Assembly: GCA_963810095.1 (NCBI GenBank)
Contig: CAWEMM010000009.1
Span: forward strand, 32,001-96,000
From: an uncultured Chloroflexia bacterium
Lineage (GTDB): Bacteria > Chloroflexota > Anaerolineae > CG2-30-64-16
Reading direction: 5' to 3'
DNA length: 64,000 bases
The position numbers were made by a program, and so were the translations under genes. Shown piece by piece: positions 1-8,565 of this stretch. The stretch's first letter is position 1. Every line of letters starts with the position of its first letter. Under the pieces are notes generated by a model, which did no database searches, was not told the DNA's origin, and worked only from the letters and a program-made list of their open reading frames with translations.

Positions 1-456
1 GATCCAGACCAGCAGCACGATCACAGAACCCTGCGAGCTGAAGATGCTCACGTCCTGCGCCAGGCCATCGTACCAGATGTGGGTCTGTACGAAGTGCAGC
101 AGGATGAAGAAGGCGCTTGCAGCCAGCGCCCACAGGTTGACCTTGTGCAGCCCGGTCGTGTAGCGCAGATTGCTCCTCTGCGCATACCAAATCAGGCCCC
201 AGATCACGAGCTGGTGGGCCAGGTAGAAACCCCAGGCGGTCGCGCGCGTGAGCCACGTGGGCGCCGCCAGCTTCCAATAATACCAGGACGCGCCCTGGTC
301 GGGCAGCAGGGTGATGCTGTTCAGCCGCTCGCCGGCCAGCCAGATGATGGCAACAAAGACAAAACTGAAGGCCACGCCGGCCCAGAGGGCGATCAGGTCC
401 TTGCGAGGCGGTTTGGGCGGCTCGGCCGCGGCGATGGGTTGTGCGGAAGCTGTCAC
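1..456 (-). CDS. Conserved multi-pass membrane protein (5' part; runs off the window edge)
   Basis: Not in the ORF track. Manual translation from GTG at 456 gives MTASAQPIAAAEPPKPPRKDLIALWAGVAFSFVFVAIIWLAG...PDQGASWYYWKL...HFVQTHIWYDGLAQDVSIFSSQGSVIVLLVWI, open to position 1 with several hydrophobic segments. Confidence 0.75.
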   Translation of the reverse strand, partial: MTASAQPIAAAEPPKPPRKDLIALWAGVAFSFVFVAIIWLAGERLNSITLLPDQGASWYYWKLAAPTWLTRATAWGFYLAHQLVIWGLIWYAQRSNLRYTTGLHKVNLWALAASAFFILLHFVQTHIWYDGLAQDVSIFSSQGSVIVLLVWI

Positions 457-869
457 AGGCTTTTCTCTCAGGGTAAGGCGAGGAGGTGTCCGGTTGGACG
501 GTCGCTAAGTAAGTGTTCAGAAGTCCTTCGAACGAGTCACGGGCGTGTTACCCGTGGGCGGCTTGAGAGACTTGTGGCCACCTGCTTAGTTTAGCACACG
601 TTCCAGAACCTGCCTATCGGCACCTCCGATCGGGGCATTTCACCTGCTGCGGACCGCTGCTCCGGCTTCATGGGCGCCTAGCAGGCGCCCATCGGCTCTC
701 CATGCTGACACTCGGCCGTCAAGACCGCCACCGATCTTCACGGGCGGCAGGTTGCTGTCGCGGAGGATGGCGTCAAGATGGCGTCGAGCGGCTCAGTACC
801 CCAAGGACTAACTGCGGGCCGCTGTGGGTTGAGATTGGATGCACGGTAACATCAAACCCTAGACGCGCA

Positions 870-898
870 TGCATAATGAATGCATAATGTTTGTATAA
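870..898. promoter_or_regulatory. Three 11-bp-period direct repeats (TGCATAA/TGCATAA/TGTATAA), candidate CarH/LitR-type operator
   Basis: TGCATAA at 870 and 881 and TGTATAA at 892, in an AT-rich patch of the divergent intergenic region upstream of the fasciclin gene. Confidence 0.5.
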
Positions 899-967
899 GG
901 AATGGAGCGACAGGTGAGCAGTTGCCTGTGCAACATCCATACAGGCTATCAGAAGGAGATATACCAG

Positions 968-2383
968 ATGAAAGTGACCATTCTAGCAGCCCTACTGGCT
1001 GTGATGGTGATTGCGAGCGCCTGCGTCCCTATAGCACCGACGCAAAGCGCTCCTCCACCGCAGCCCACCGCTGTACCTGCTGAGCCCACCAAGGCTCCTG
1101 AGCCGATGGCCAAGGACATCGTGGATACCGCCGTCGCTAACGGCAGCTTCACGACGCTGGTTGCCGCCGTTCAGGCTGCCGGCCTGGTCGACACGCTCAA
1201 GGGCGCCGGTCCGTTCACCGTCTTCGCCCCCACCGACGAGGCCTTCAAAAAGCTGCCGGCCGGCACGGTCGAAAGCCTGCTGAAGGATCCCGCCAAGCTC
1301 AAGGACATCCTGCTCTACCACGTCGTCGCCGGCAAGGTCATGGCCGCCGACGCCGCCAAGTTGACCTCGGCCGACACCGTCCTGGGCAAACCGATCACCG
1401 TCAAGGTCGTGGATGGTAAAGTCATGATCAACGATGCCACCGTCGCCGCTGCGGACGTGGCTGCCAGCAATGGTGTCATCCACGTGATCGACACCGTCCT
1501 CCTGCCGCCGGCCGAGGAGGCCATGCCTGCCGAGCCGATGGCCAAGGACATCGTGGATACCGCCGTCGCTAACGGCAGCTTCACGACGCTGGTTGCCGCC
1601 GTTCAGGCTGCCGGCCTGGTCGACACGCTCAAGGGCGCCGGTCCGTTCACCGTCTTCGCCCCCACCGACGAGGCCTTCAAAAAGCTGCCGGCCGGCACGG
1701 TCGAAAGCCTGCTGAAGGATCCCGCCAAGCTCAAGGACATCCTGCTCTACCACGTCGTCGCCGGCAAGGTCATGGCCGCCGACGCCGCCAAGTTGACCTC
1801 GGCCGACACCGTCCTGGGCAAACCGATCACCATCAAGGTCGTGGATGGTAAAGTCATGATCAACGATGCCACCGTCGCCGCTGCGGACGTGGCTGCCAGC
1901 AATGGTGTCATCCACGTGATCGACACCGTCCTCCTGCCGCCGGCCGAGGAGGCCATGCCTGCCGAGCCGATGGCCAAGGACATCGTGGATACCGCCGTCG
2001 CTAACGGCAGCTTCACGACGCTGGTTGCCGCCGTTCAGGCTGCCGGCCTGGTCGACACGCTCAAGGGCGCCGGTCCGTTCACCGTCTTCGCCCCCACCGA
2101 CGAGGCCTTCAAAAAGCTGCCGGCCGGCACGGTCGAAGGCCTGCTGAAGGATCCCGCCAAGCTCAAGGACATCCTGCTCTACCACGTCGTCGCCGGCAAG
2201 GTCATGGCCGCCGACGCCGCCAAGTTGACCTCGGCCGACACCGTCCTGGGCAAACCGATCACCATCAAGGTCGTGGATGGTAAAGTCATGATCAACGATG
2301 CCACCGTCGCCGCTGCGGACGTGGCTGCCAGCAATGGTGTCATCCACGTGATCGACACCGTCCTCCTGCCGCCGGCCAAGTAG
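968..2383 (+). CDS. Fasciclin (FAS1) domain lipoprotein with three tandem FAS1 domains
   Basis: AAGGAG then ATG 968; signal peptide with lipobox-like ASAC; Pro-rich linker; three copies of DIVDTA...[11 protein letters not shown]...ILLYHVV...[13 protein letters not shown]. Confidence 0.95.
   Translation: MKVTILAALLAVMVIASACVPIAPTQSAPPPQPTAVPAEPTKAPEPMAKDIVDTAVANGSFTTLVAAVQAAGLVDTLKGAGPFTVFAPTDEAFKKLPAGTVESLLKDPAKLKDILLYHVVAGKVMAADAAKLTSADTVLGKPITVKVVDGKVMINDATVAAADVAASNGVIHVIDTVLLPPAEEAMPAEPMAKDIVDTAVANGSFTTLVAAVQAAGLVDTLKGAGPFTVFAPTDEAFKKLPAGTVESLLKDPAKLKDILLYHVVAGKVMAADAAKLTSADTVLGKPITIKVVDGKVMINDATVAAADVAASNGVIHVIDTVLLPPAEEAMPAEPMAKDIVDTAVANGSFTTLVAAVQAAGLVDTLKGAGPFTVFAPTDEAFKKLPAGTVEGLLKDPAKLKDILLYHVVAGKVMAADAAKLTSADTVLGKPITIKVVDGKVMINDATVAAADVAASNGVIHVIDTVLLPPAK
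1100..2377 (+). repeat. Three near-identical 432-bp intragenic tandem repeats
   Basis: Units start at 1100, 1532 and 1964; I see only two differing sites (GTC/ATC, V/I; AGC/GGC, S/G). Confidence 0.95.
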
Positions 2384-2582
2384 AGCCGGACCGTCGAAGC
2401 CAGGCACGGCCATGGAAACGTGAGTCGTCCTTACACAAGCGGGCCGCCAACAACGGCCCGCGAGTTGTGCCTTTTGCACTCGGGTGCACAGAGATGTGCG
2501 CCTCATCGCCCGAGTTGCATTCCCGTTGCCCCGTACTATTATTCATCGTGTACGACATGATCGCAGGCGTCACATGGAGAAT

Positions 2583-3056
2583 ATGCTGAACACAGAGAAC
2601 AAGACCCCTCGGTCTGAACAGCCCAGTATGGGACAGAAGACCTCCCAGACGCTACAGACGGTCTTGCGCATCCTGTTAGGGCTCTTCCTGGTCTTTGCTG
2701 GAACCAGCCATCTCACGGTGGCGCGGGCCGAGTTCTTGGCGCAGGTGCCGGCCTGGCTGCCGGTGAATGGCGACCTGGTGGTCGTCCTGTCCGGGATCGC
2801 CGAGATTGCGCTTGGGCTCGCCCTGATTTTCCTGGTCAAGCAGCGTGTGCTGGCCGGCCTGGCCGCCGCGGCGTTCTTTGTGCTGATCTTTCCGGGCAAC
2901 ATCTCGCAGTACGTCAACCGGATTGACGGCTTCGGGCTGAACACGGATCAGGCACGCTTCGTTCGGCTGTTCTTCCAACCGGTACTGGTGATCTGGGCGC
3001 TGTGGGCCACCGGGGCCTGGCGGGCGTTGTTCACAAGAAATGCGGAGTCCTCATAG
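2583..3056 (+). CDS. DoxX/MauE-like membrane protein
   Basis: LRILLGLFLVFAGTSH...VPAWLP...LSGIAEIALG...IFPGNISQY...RLFFQPVLVIWALWATG; four hydrophobic helices; start uncertain (2574 or 2583). Confidence 0.8.
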   Translation: MLNTENKTPRSEQPSMGQKTSQTLQTVLRILLGLFLVFAGTSHLTVARAEFLAQVPAWLPVNGDLVVVLSGIAEIALGLALIFLVKQRVLAGLAAAAFFVLIFPGNISQYVNRIDGFGLNTDQARFVRLFFQPVLVIWALWATGAWRALFTRNAESS

Positions 3057-3089
3057 GACGCAAACCATCTTCAAAACAGGAGCATCAAC

Positions 3090-3586
3090 ATGCCACGTGT
3101 ATCCCTCAACCAATCCGCACCCGACTTCAGCCTGGCCGACTATCAGGGCAAGATCGTCGGTCTGGCCGACTTCCGTGGGGTGAAGAACGTCTTGCTCGTC
3201 TTCAACCGGACCTTTGCCTGACCGTTCTGCCCGCGCATATGGCGCAGTTGCGCCAAGATTACGCCCAGTTCGTCGCGCGTGACATCGAAGTGGTGGTGGT
3301 CGGGCCCGAGAACGCCCAGGCGTTCGCCGACTACTTTGCCAAGGAAGCGCTGCCGTTCGTCGGCCTGCCCGACCCGACGGCCAGCGTGCTGAAGCTCTAC
3401 GGGCAGGAGGTAAACCTGTTCAAGCTGGGGCGGATGCCCGCCCAGGTGCTGATCGACAAGGCCGGGGTGGCGCGCTACGTGCACTACGGACATGGCATGA
3501 GCGACATCCCCAAGAACGAGGAGTTGTTGGCCCTGGGTGATGAGATCAATGCCGCGTCTGATCCTGAACCAACACGGTCGCTCTGA
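3090..3586 (+). CDS. AhpC/TSA peroxiredoxin-like protein, probable selenoprotein (U-P-F-C), with a 1-base frameshift near 3231
   Basis: AGGAG then ATG 3090: MPRVSLNQSAPDFSLADYQGKIVGLADFRGVKNVLLVFNRTFA-TGA(3219)-PFC; continues in the shifted frame as AHMAQLRQDY...MPAQVLIDKAGVARYVHYG to the stop at 3586. Confidence 0.85.
3240..3255 (+). promoter_or_regulatory. Candidate bacterial SECIS hairpin
   Basis: TGGCGC-AGTT-GCGCCA perfect stem with a GU-containing loop, starting 18 nt after TGA 3219-3221. Confidence 0.6.
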
Positions 3587-3726
3587 TCTTGAAACGGGTG
3601 GAGGCGCAGGGGCTCATCACGAGGTCGGAGACCTGCAGAAATGGACGCACCCATTACCCCAATACGAAGATCATACGACTAGTTACGGATGGCAGTCGCG
3701 GGGTCGGATATCATAAACCGAGCAAT

Positions 3727-3936
3727 ACGAGGCGCCTGGCTCCAGCCAAGCTGCATGTCCGTTGGCGCCAAGGCCTGACGCCACAGGGGCCGATTTCTCC
3801 CCGGCGCTACACCTTGACGCACTCCGACGCCACGGGCGAACTGTTTCTGACGATCGGCGCCGATTATGATCGGAAACAGGTTGGCGGGCTATACACACGC
3901 TTGATGCGCGACGAGGTGCTGGCGGAATGGATGGCC
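3727..3936 (+). pseudogene. Staygreen (SGR, Mg-dechelatase-like) family protein, N-terminal half only
   Basis: RRLAPAKLHVRW...PRRYTLTHSDATGELFLTIG...YTRLMRDEVLAEW are SGR family motifs; ACG at the expected start position; similarity ends after LAEW. Confidence 0.8.
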
Positions 3937-3939
3937 GGT

Positions 3940-4295
3940 GCGACTACGCGGGGCGGCCCGTCCTCATCAATGCCGGGGCCACATGGTGCCCCCCGTGCAA
4001 GGCCGAGCTGCCCGACATCCAGCAGTTGTACCAACGGCACCAGGCACATGGATTTGTTGTGCTGGCAGTCAACGCGGGCGAAGACAGCGCGATCGTCAAG
4101 AACTTCGTCGGGCAGAACTTCTACACCGTCCCAGTGCTGCTTGACCCTCAGACTGCTCTGCTCGATGGCTTTGGCGTCCGCAGCTATCCCACGTCGATCG
4201 TCGTCGGCAGGGACGGCAAAGTGAAGCTGGTGCAGGTGGGCATGCTTACGCCCGACGCGATCAAGAGCGTCGTGGAGCCGATGATAAGCCAGTAA
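3940..4295 (+). pseudogene. TlpA/ResA-like thiol-disulfide oxidoreductase, 5'-truncated
   Basis: DYAGRPVLINAGATWCPPCKAELP...VLAVNAGE...VLLDP...YPTSIVVGRDG; the N-terminal anchor and APDF segment are missing. Confidence 0.75.
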
Positions 4296-4307
4296 GGGGC
4301 CCGACCC

Positions 4308-5204
4308 TCAGACGCTCTGCGTCTCGGTGAGTACATCGCGAAAAGCGCGCGCGGCCGGGCTGAGAGTACGACCGATAAGCCGCACCCGCGTAAAGGTGCG
4401 GCGCATATCGAGGCCTTTAACCGGCAGAATCACGAGTCTGCCGAGGCGGAGTTCATCGACGATCGTCGCGCGCGAGACGATCGCCAAACCCAGTCCGGCC
4501 GCAACTGTTTCCTTGATCGCCTCCGTGCTGCCCAGCTCCACCGTATGCTTCAACTGAATCCCTCTCTGGGCGAGCGCGGCTTCGCCGACTTCGCGCGTGC
4601 CTGAACCCACCTCGCGAATTAGAAACAGCTGGTCTTCCAGCATGCTGGCCGGCAACGGTTCTGCAGCCGCGGTGCGGACAAGGGGATGGCCTGGGGCTGC
4701 GATTAGGACCAACTCGTCAGGCCGCCACGCTTCACACTCGATGCGTTCGTCGGCGACCGGTCCCTCTACCAGCGCGACGTCCAACTGGTACTCGAGGAGC
4801 AGGCCCAGGATGGTCTGCGTGTTCTGGATCGTGAGGCGCAGGTCGATAGCCGGATGGCTGCCCAGAAAGGCCGCAATGACCGGCGGCAACAAGTAGGCCG
4901 CAATCGTCGTGCTCGATCCGACGCGGAGAGTGCCGCGGTGCAAGCCCCGCAGTGCCTGCAAATCCTCTTCGGCAGTCTGCTCGACAGATAGGATGGCCCG
5001 CCCCCGCTCAGCCAGCAGCGCGCCCGCCTCGGTAAGAGCCAGCTTGCCCGCGCCACGCTCGAACAACGGCACACCCAACTGGTTCTCGAGTTCCTTCACG
5101 GCCTTACTGACGGCGGGCTGGCTGATGTACAGAACCTCCGCAGCGCGCGAGAAGCTCATGTGCTGAGCGACGACGGTGAAGATCCGCAGCAGATGCAGTT
5201 TCAC
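4308..5204 (-). CDS. LysR-family transcriptional regulator (CysL-like)
   Basis: N-terminal HTH SFSRAAEVLYISQPAVSKAVKELE; substrate domain with REVGSGTRE and GSTEAIKETVAAGLG; divergent from the TauE gene. Confidence 0.93.
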   Translation of the reverse strand: MKLHLLRIFTVVAQHMSFSRAAEVLYISQPAVSKAVKELENQLGVPLFERGAGKLALTEAGALLAERGRAILSVEQTAEEDLQALRGLHRGTLRVGSSTTIAAYLLPPVIAAFLGSHPAIDLRLTIQNTQTILGLLLEYQLDVALVEGPVADERIECEAWRPDELVLIAAPGHPLVRTAAAEPLPASMLEDQLFLIREVGSGTREVGEAALAQRGIQLKHTVELGSTEAIKETVAAGLGLAIVSRATIVDELRLGRLVILPVKGLDMRRTFTRVRLIGRTLSPAARAFRDVLTETQSV

Positions 5205-5320
5205 GGTATAACCTCTTCTCATACCCTCATGAAAAAGATGTATTTGAATTATAGCCGCAATGGGAGTAAATTGTCACGAGCACTGCGAGTTGTTTGTAGC
5301 GAGTGAAGGAGTGAGTTGAC

Positions 5321-6151
5321 GTGCATCCGATACTGTTGTTTCTCGTATCGATTGCGGCAGGGTTCGTCGGGGCGATGAGCGGGATGGGCGGCGGCGTGGT
5401 CTTGGTGCCCGCGCTGACGCTTCTTGGAATAGATATCAAGCATGCCATTGCGATCAGCATCGTCTCGGTGATCGCGACCTCAAGCGGCTCAGCGGCGGCC
5501 TACGTGCGCGACCACATCACCAATCTCAAGGTCGGCATGTTCCTGGAGATGTTTACCATAGTGGGGGCGCTGGTCGGCGCGGCTATCACCGTGGCGATCA
5601 ACCCGAACCTGCTGTTCCTGGCCTTCGGCCTCGTCCTGCTTGCATCATGGACCGCGCTGTTCCTGCAACGCAACGTGGCGTGGACGCCCGTCGCTCACGT
5701 GGACGGCTTCTCGCGCTGGCTGGAGCTGAGCGGGTCCTATTACGACCAGGCCGCGGACGAGCAGATCACCTACCACGCCGGCCGGGCCTACTTCGGCGGC
5801 CCGTTGATGATGGGCGCGGGGCTCATCGCCGGACTGCTCGGCATCGGTGCAGGCGCGCTGAAGGTCTTGATCCACGACCTGGTGATGGGTCTGCCTCCGA
5901 AAGTCTCCACCACGACCAGCAACCTGATCATCGGCGTCACCGCCCTGGCCGGCACCAGCGTCTACCTGGCTGCGGGCATGATCGATCCGGGTCTTGCCGC
6001 GCCGATCATCCTGGGCATCGTCATCGGCGCATTTATCGGCACGCGGGTGCTGGTGCGGCTGCGCAATGAAGCGGTTCGCCGCTTCTTCCTGGTCGTGCTC
6101 TTCGTGCTCGGCGCGCAGATGCTGCTGCGTGGGCTGGGCGTGCGACTATGA
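5321..6151 (+). CDS. Sulfite exporter TauE/SafE family membrane protein
   Basis: GAMSGMGGGVVLVPAL; AISIVSVIATSSGSA; GLLGIGAGALKV; KVSTTTSN; multiple TM helices; GGAG before GTG. Confidence 0.92.
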   Translation: MHPILLFLVSIAAGFVGAMSGMGGGVVLVPALTLLGIDIKHAIAISIVSVIATSSGSAAAYVRDHITNLKVGMFLEMFTIVGALVGAAITVAINPNLLFLAFGLVLLASWTALFLQRNVAWTPVAHVDGFSRWLELSGSYYDQAADEQITYHAGRAYFGGPLMMGAGLIAGLLGIGAGALKVLIHDLVMGLPPKVSTTTSNLIIGVTALAGTSVYLAAGMIDPGLAAPIILGIVIGAFIGTRVLVRLRNEAVRRFFLVVLFVLGAQMLLRGLGVRL

Positions 6152-6672
6152 AGGAAGAACGAACCGCGCCGCGGTCGGTCGAGCAAGACGAGGTCCGAGG
6201 ATCGGAGTGGCGCCCGCGTAACGGCCACGAGACGATCGGGCACGATAACGGCCATACCCCGGCCGCATCGGAAAGCGGCTGGGAGCCGCGCGTCAAGGAC
6301 AAGGGCCGCGAGCAGCTCAACATGGATGTGCTCGTGGGCTACGTACTGGCGGGCGGCGTCATCACGCGATGGTTCTCATTGCCGTCGGGCCTTGTCTGGC
6401 ATTGGGCTACCACCGGCTCCCTGGGGTTGGAGTATAGGTTGGGCGGGATGAACTTCTTCCGGTTCGTCGTGTCTGACGTGGCGACCGTCATCCGCACGGG
6501 CTTCGGCCCACGCCGCATGATCAATCTTGGCATTGCCGTCCTGATGCTCACGCCCTTCATCCGGGTGGCATCGTCTATGGTCTACTTCGGCGTGATCGAG
6601 CACAACTGGAAGTACACGATCTTCACAGGCTTCGTACTCGCCGTTCTGACGTACAGCCTGTTCCTGAGGTAA
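6148..6672 (+). CDS. DUF1634-like membrane protein
   Basis: ATGA overlap with TauE; C-terminal INLGIAVLMLTPFIRV...YTIFTGFVLAVLTYSL typical of the TauE-associated DUF1634 family. Confidence 0.8.
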   Translation: MKEERTAPRSVEQDEVRGSEWRPRNGHETIGHDNGHTPAASESGWEPRVKDKGREQLNMDVLVGYVLAGGVITRWFSLPSGLVWHWATTGSLGLEYRLGGMNFFRFVVSDVATVIRTGFGPRRMINLGIAVLMLTPFIRVASSMVYFGVIEHNWKYTIFTGFVLAVLTYSLFLR

Positions 6673-6679
6673 TTGACGA

Positions 6680-7573
6680 ATGAATCCGGTCTTGCTGCAA
6701 CTCGGTCCCTTCCAGGTCCACTGGTACGGGATCCTTATCGTATTCGGCGCCGTCCTGGCCGCCTGGCTCGCCACGCACGAGGCGCGGCGCCGCGGGGAGA
6801 ACCCGGAGCACGTCTGGAACCTGCTCACCTGGGTGCTGATCCTGGGCATCATCGGCGCCCGGCTGTACCACGTCTTCTCCACCCCTACCGGTGACTTCGC
6901 CAACTGGGCGTACTACCGCCAGCATCCAATCGAAATCATCGCGTTCTGGAACGGCGGGTTCCGCGGGCTAGGGATCTACGGGGCGGTGATCGGTGGGCTC
7001 ATAGCGGTCGCCATTTATGCGCAGCGCCACCAGCTCAAGCTCTTGCGCTGGCTGGACATCCTGGCGCCGGGACTGATCCTCGCGCAGGCAGTCGGCCGGA
7101 TGGGCAACCGCATCAACCAGGAGTTGTACGGTCCGCCCACTACCTTGCCCTGGGCGTTCCATATCAACCCGACCTACCCCTGCCAGGAACCGGCCGGGTC
7201 ACCCCAAGCTTGCGGGACGCCCGCAGGCTTGACGGACACCGCCCGCCAGTGGTATGCGACGCACGGCTTCCATCCCACCTTCTTCTATGAGGCGGCCTGG
7301 AACGTCGTGGGTTTCGGGTTGCTACTGCTCGCCGCGCGCAAAGGGCCGCGTTGGCTGCGCGACGGCGACATCTTCTTCCTGTACCTGATCTGGTATCCGC
7401 TGGGCCGTTTCTGGGTGGAGATGTTCCGGCCCGACGCCTGGCGCATGGGTACTTTGGCCACCGCGCAGTGGTTTGCGCTGGCCGGCATGGCGCTCGGCGT
7501 GCTGGGGTTGGTCCTCAACCACCGGGGCAGTAGGACGCAGCTGGAAGCAGAAGCCACGAGTTCGGGAGGCTGA
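6680..7573 (+). CDS. lgt: Prolipoprotein diacylglyceryl transferase
   Basis: VHWYGIL, GARLYHV, GLGIYGAVIGG, AQAVGRMGNxxNQELYG, HPTFFYE and GRFWVEMFR motifs. Confidence 0.95.
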   Translation: MNPVLLQLGPFQVHWYGILIVFGAVLAAWLATHEARRRGENPEHVWNLLTWVLILGIIGARLYHVFSTPTGDFANWAYYRQHPIEIIAFWNGGFRGLGIYGAVIGGLIAVAIYAQRHQLKLLRWLDILAPGLILAQAVGRMGNRINQELYGPPTTLPWAFHINPTYPCQEPAGSPQACGTPAGLTDTARQWYATHGFHPTFFYEAAWNVVGFGLLLLAARKGPRWLRDGDIFFLYLIWYPLGRFWVEMFRPDAWRMGTLATAQWFALAGMALGVLGLVLNHRGSRTQLEAEATSSGG

Positions 7574-7714
7574 GACGAGAGAGCCCTCGCTTAGCGCTGG
7601 CAGGGTCTCGTTCAAGCTGACCGAAGACAGCGTCGCCGCTTCAGCACCTATCGCGTTGCTGAAGCGGCGATGTGATCGGCCGACGAGTCTCGCCTAAGCC
7701 CAATCGGCGCGCCC

Positions 7715-8200
7715 TCAGCCAGCCGCCAAGCGATAGAAATCCATCTGATCCAGTTCGATGTGTTCGACCTGAGAGAAGCCCGCCCGTGTCGCTAGGTCCA
7801 GTACCGTGGCTGGCGCGATGCGGTGCGCCAAGGGCGGCCCGTAGGGCTGCTCGCGGTACGGCCACTCGAGGATAGCCACCCGCTGCCGAGCCACCCGCCG
7901 GGCTTCCCGCAAGGCAGCCAGCGGATCGTCGGTCTCGTGCAGCACGTGGCCGAGAAACACCAGGTCGAATGCGCCGTCGTCAAAGGGAAGTTGCTCTGCA
8001 GGCGCTTCTTCGAACCGGGCGCCCGGGGCATATTCGCGGGCGTGAAGCAGCAGTTCCGCATTGGTATCGATACCGGTCACGACGAGCCCGTTGTTAGCGA
8101 ACGCCTCGGCGAAGATACCCGTGCCTGTCCCCACGTCCAATACGCTCTCCACAGCCAGGCCTTCCAGGCTGAGCGCCACCACTCGCGGCACCTCGAGCCC
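7715..8200 (-). pseudogene. Class I SAM-dependent methyltransferase, probably lacking its 5' end
   Basis: VLDVGTGTG motif I; AEQLPFDDGAFDLVF; HVLHETDD; no convincing start or RBS, and the upstream DNA encodes another gene fragment on the opposite strand. Confidence 0.7.
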
Positions 8201-8204
8201 GCGC

Positions 8205-8372
8205 GGCGACAACGGCGCGGGGCTGGGCGCCAGCCATCAGACCGGTTGGACGGGGACCATCGCCCGCCTGCCGGACTTGCGTGGCCGGGTCGAGCCGTCT
8301 GATGTGCTGCTTAGGCCGAAGGAACGCACGATCGAACGCCTCGTCCGCGAGCAGGTCGGCGGGAACGAATAG
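8205..8372 (+). pseudogene. C-terminal fragment of an MGH1-like/GH63-related glucosidase
   Basis: GDNGAGLGASHQTGWTGTIARL matches the conserved C-terminal (H)GDNGAGLGASHQTGWTG motif of this family; the rest of the gene is absent. Confidence 0.7.
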
Positions 8373-8464
8373 GCGACTACTATTTCGCGCACAGCCAGCG
8401 GCTGGCACAAGCCTGGATTCGCTCAGCAGTGAAGGCCCTACACCCTTATTACGTCCTTAAGGGC

Positions 8465-8494
8465 CTGACAAGCGGACAGCAAGAGTCGTATGAT
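8465..8494 (+). promoter_or_regulatory. Putative sigma70 promoter
   Basis: CTGACA (8465-8470), 18-nt spacer, TATGAT (8489-8494) upstream of the 8566 gene. Confidence 0.4.
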
Positions 8495-8565
8495 CAGGAT
8501 GCTGCGGCTGGCCACAGCCCGGTACACGGGTGAAGCCCGTTCGTACCTGCGAAAGGAGAGACCCA

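Noticed and set aside
79-594. Plus-strand 171-aa ORF
   Set aside because: Antisense shadow of the membrane protein gene at 1-456 on the minus strand.
1100-2377. Repeats considered as a CRISPR array or mobile element
   Set aside because: In-frame 432-bp domain repeats with no spacers; I saw no cas or transposase genes in the window.
992-2506. Long repetitive minus-strand ORF, and similar long antisense ORFs across the window
   Set aside because: Mirror frames of GC-rich coding genes, with no motifs or RBS.
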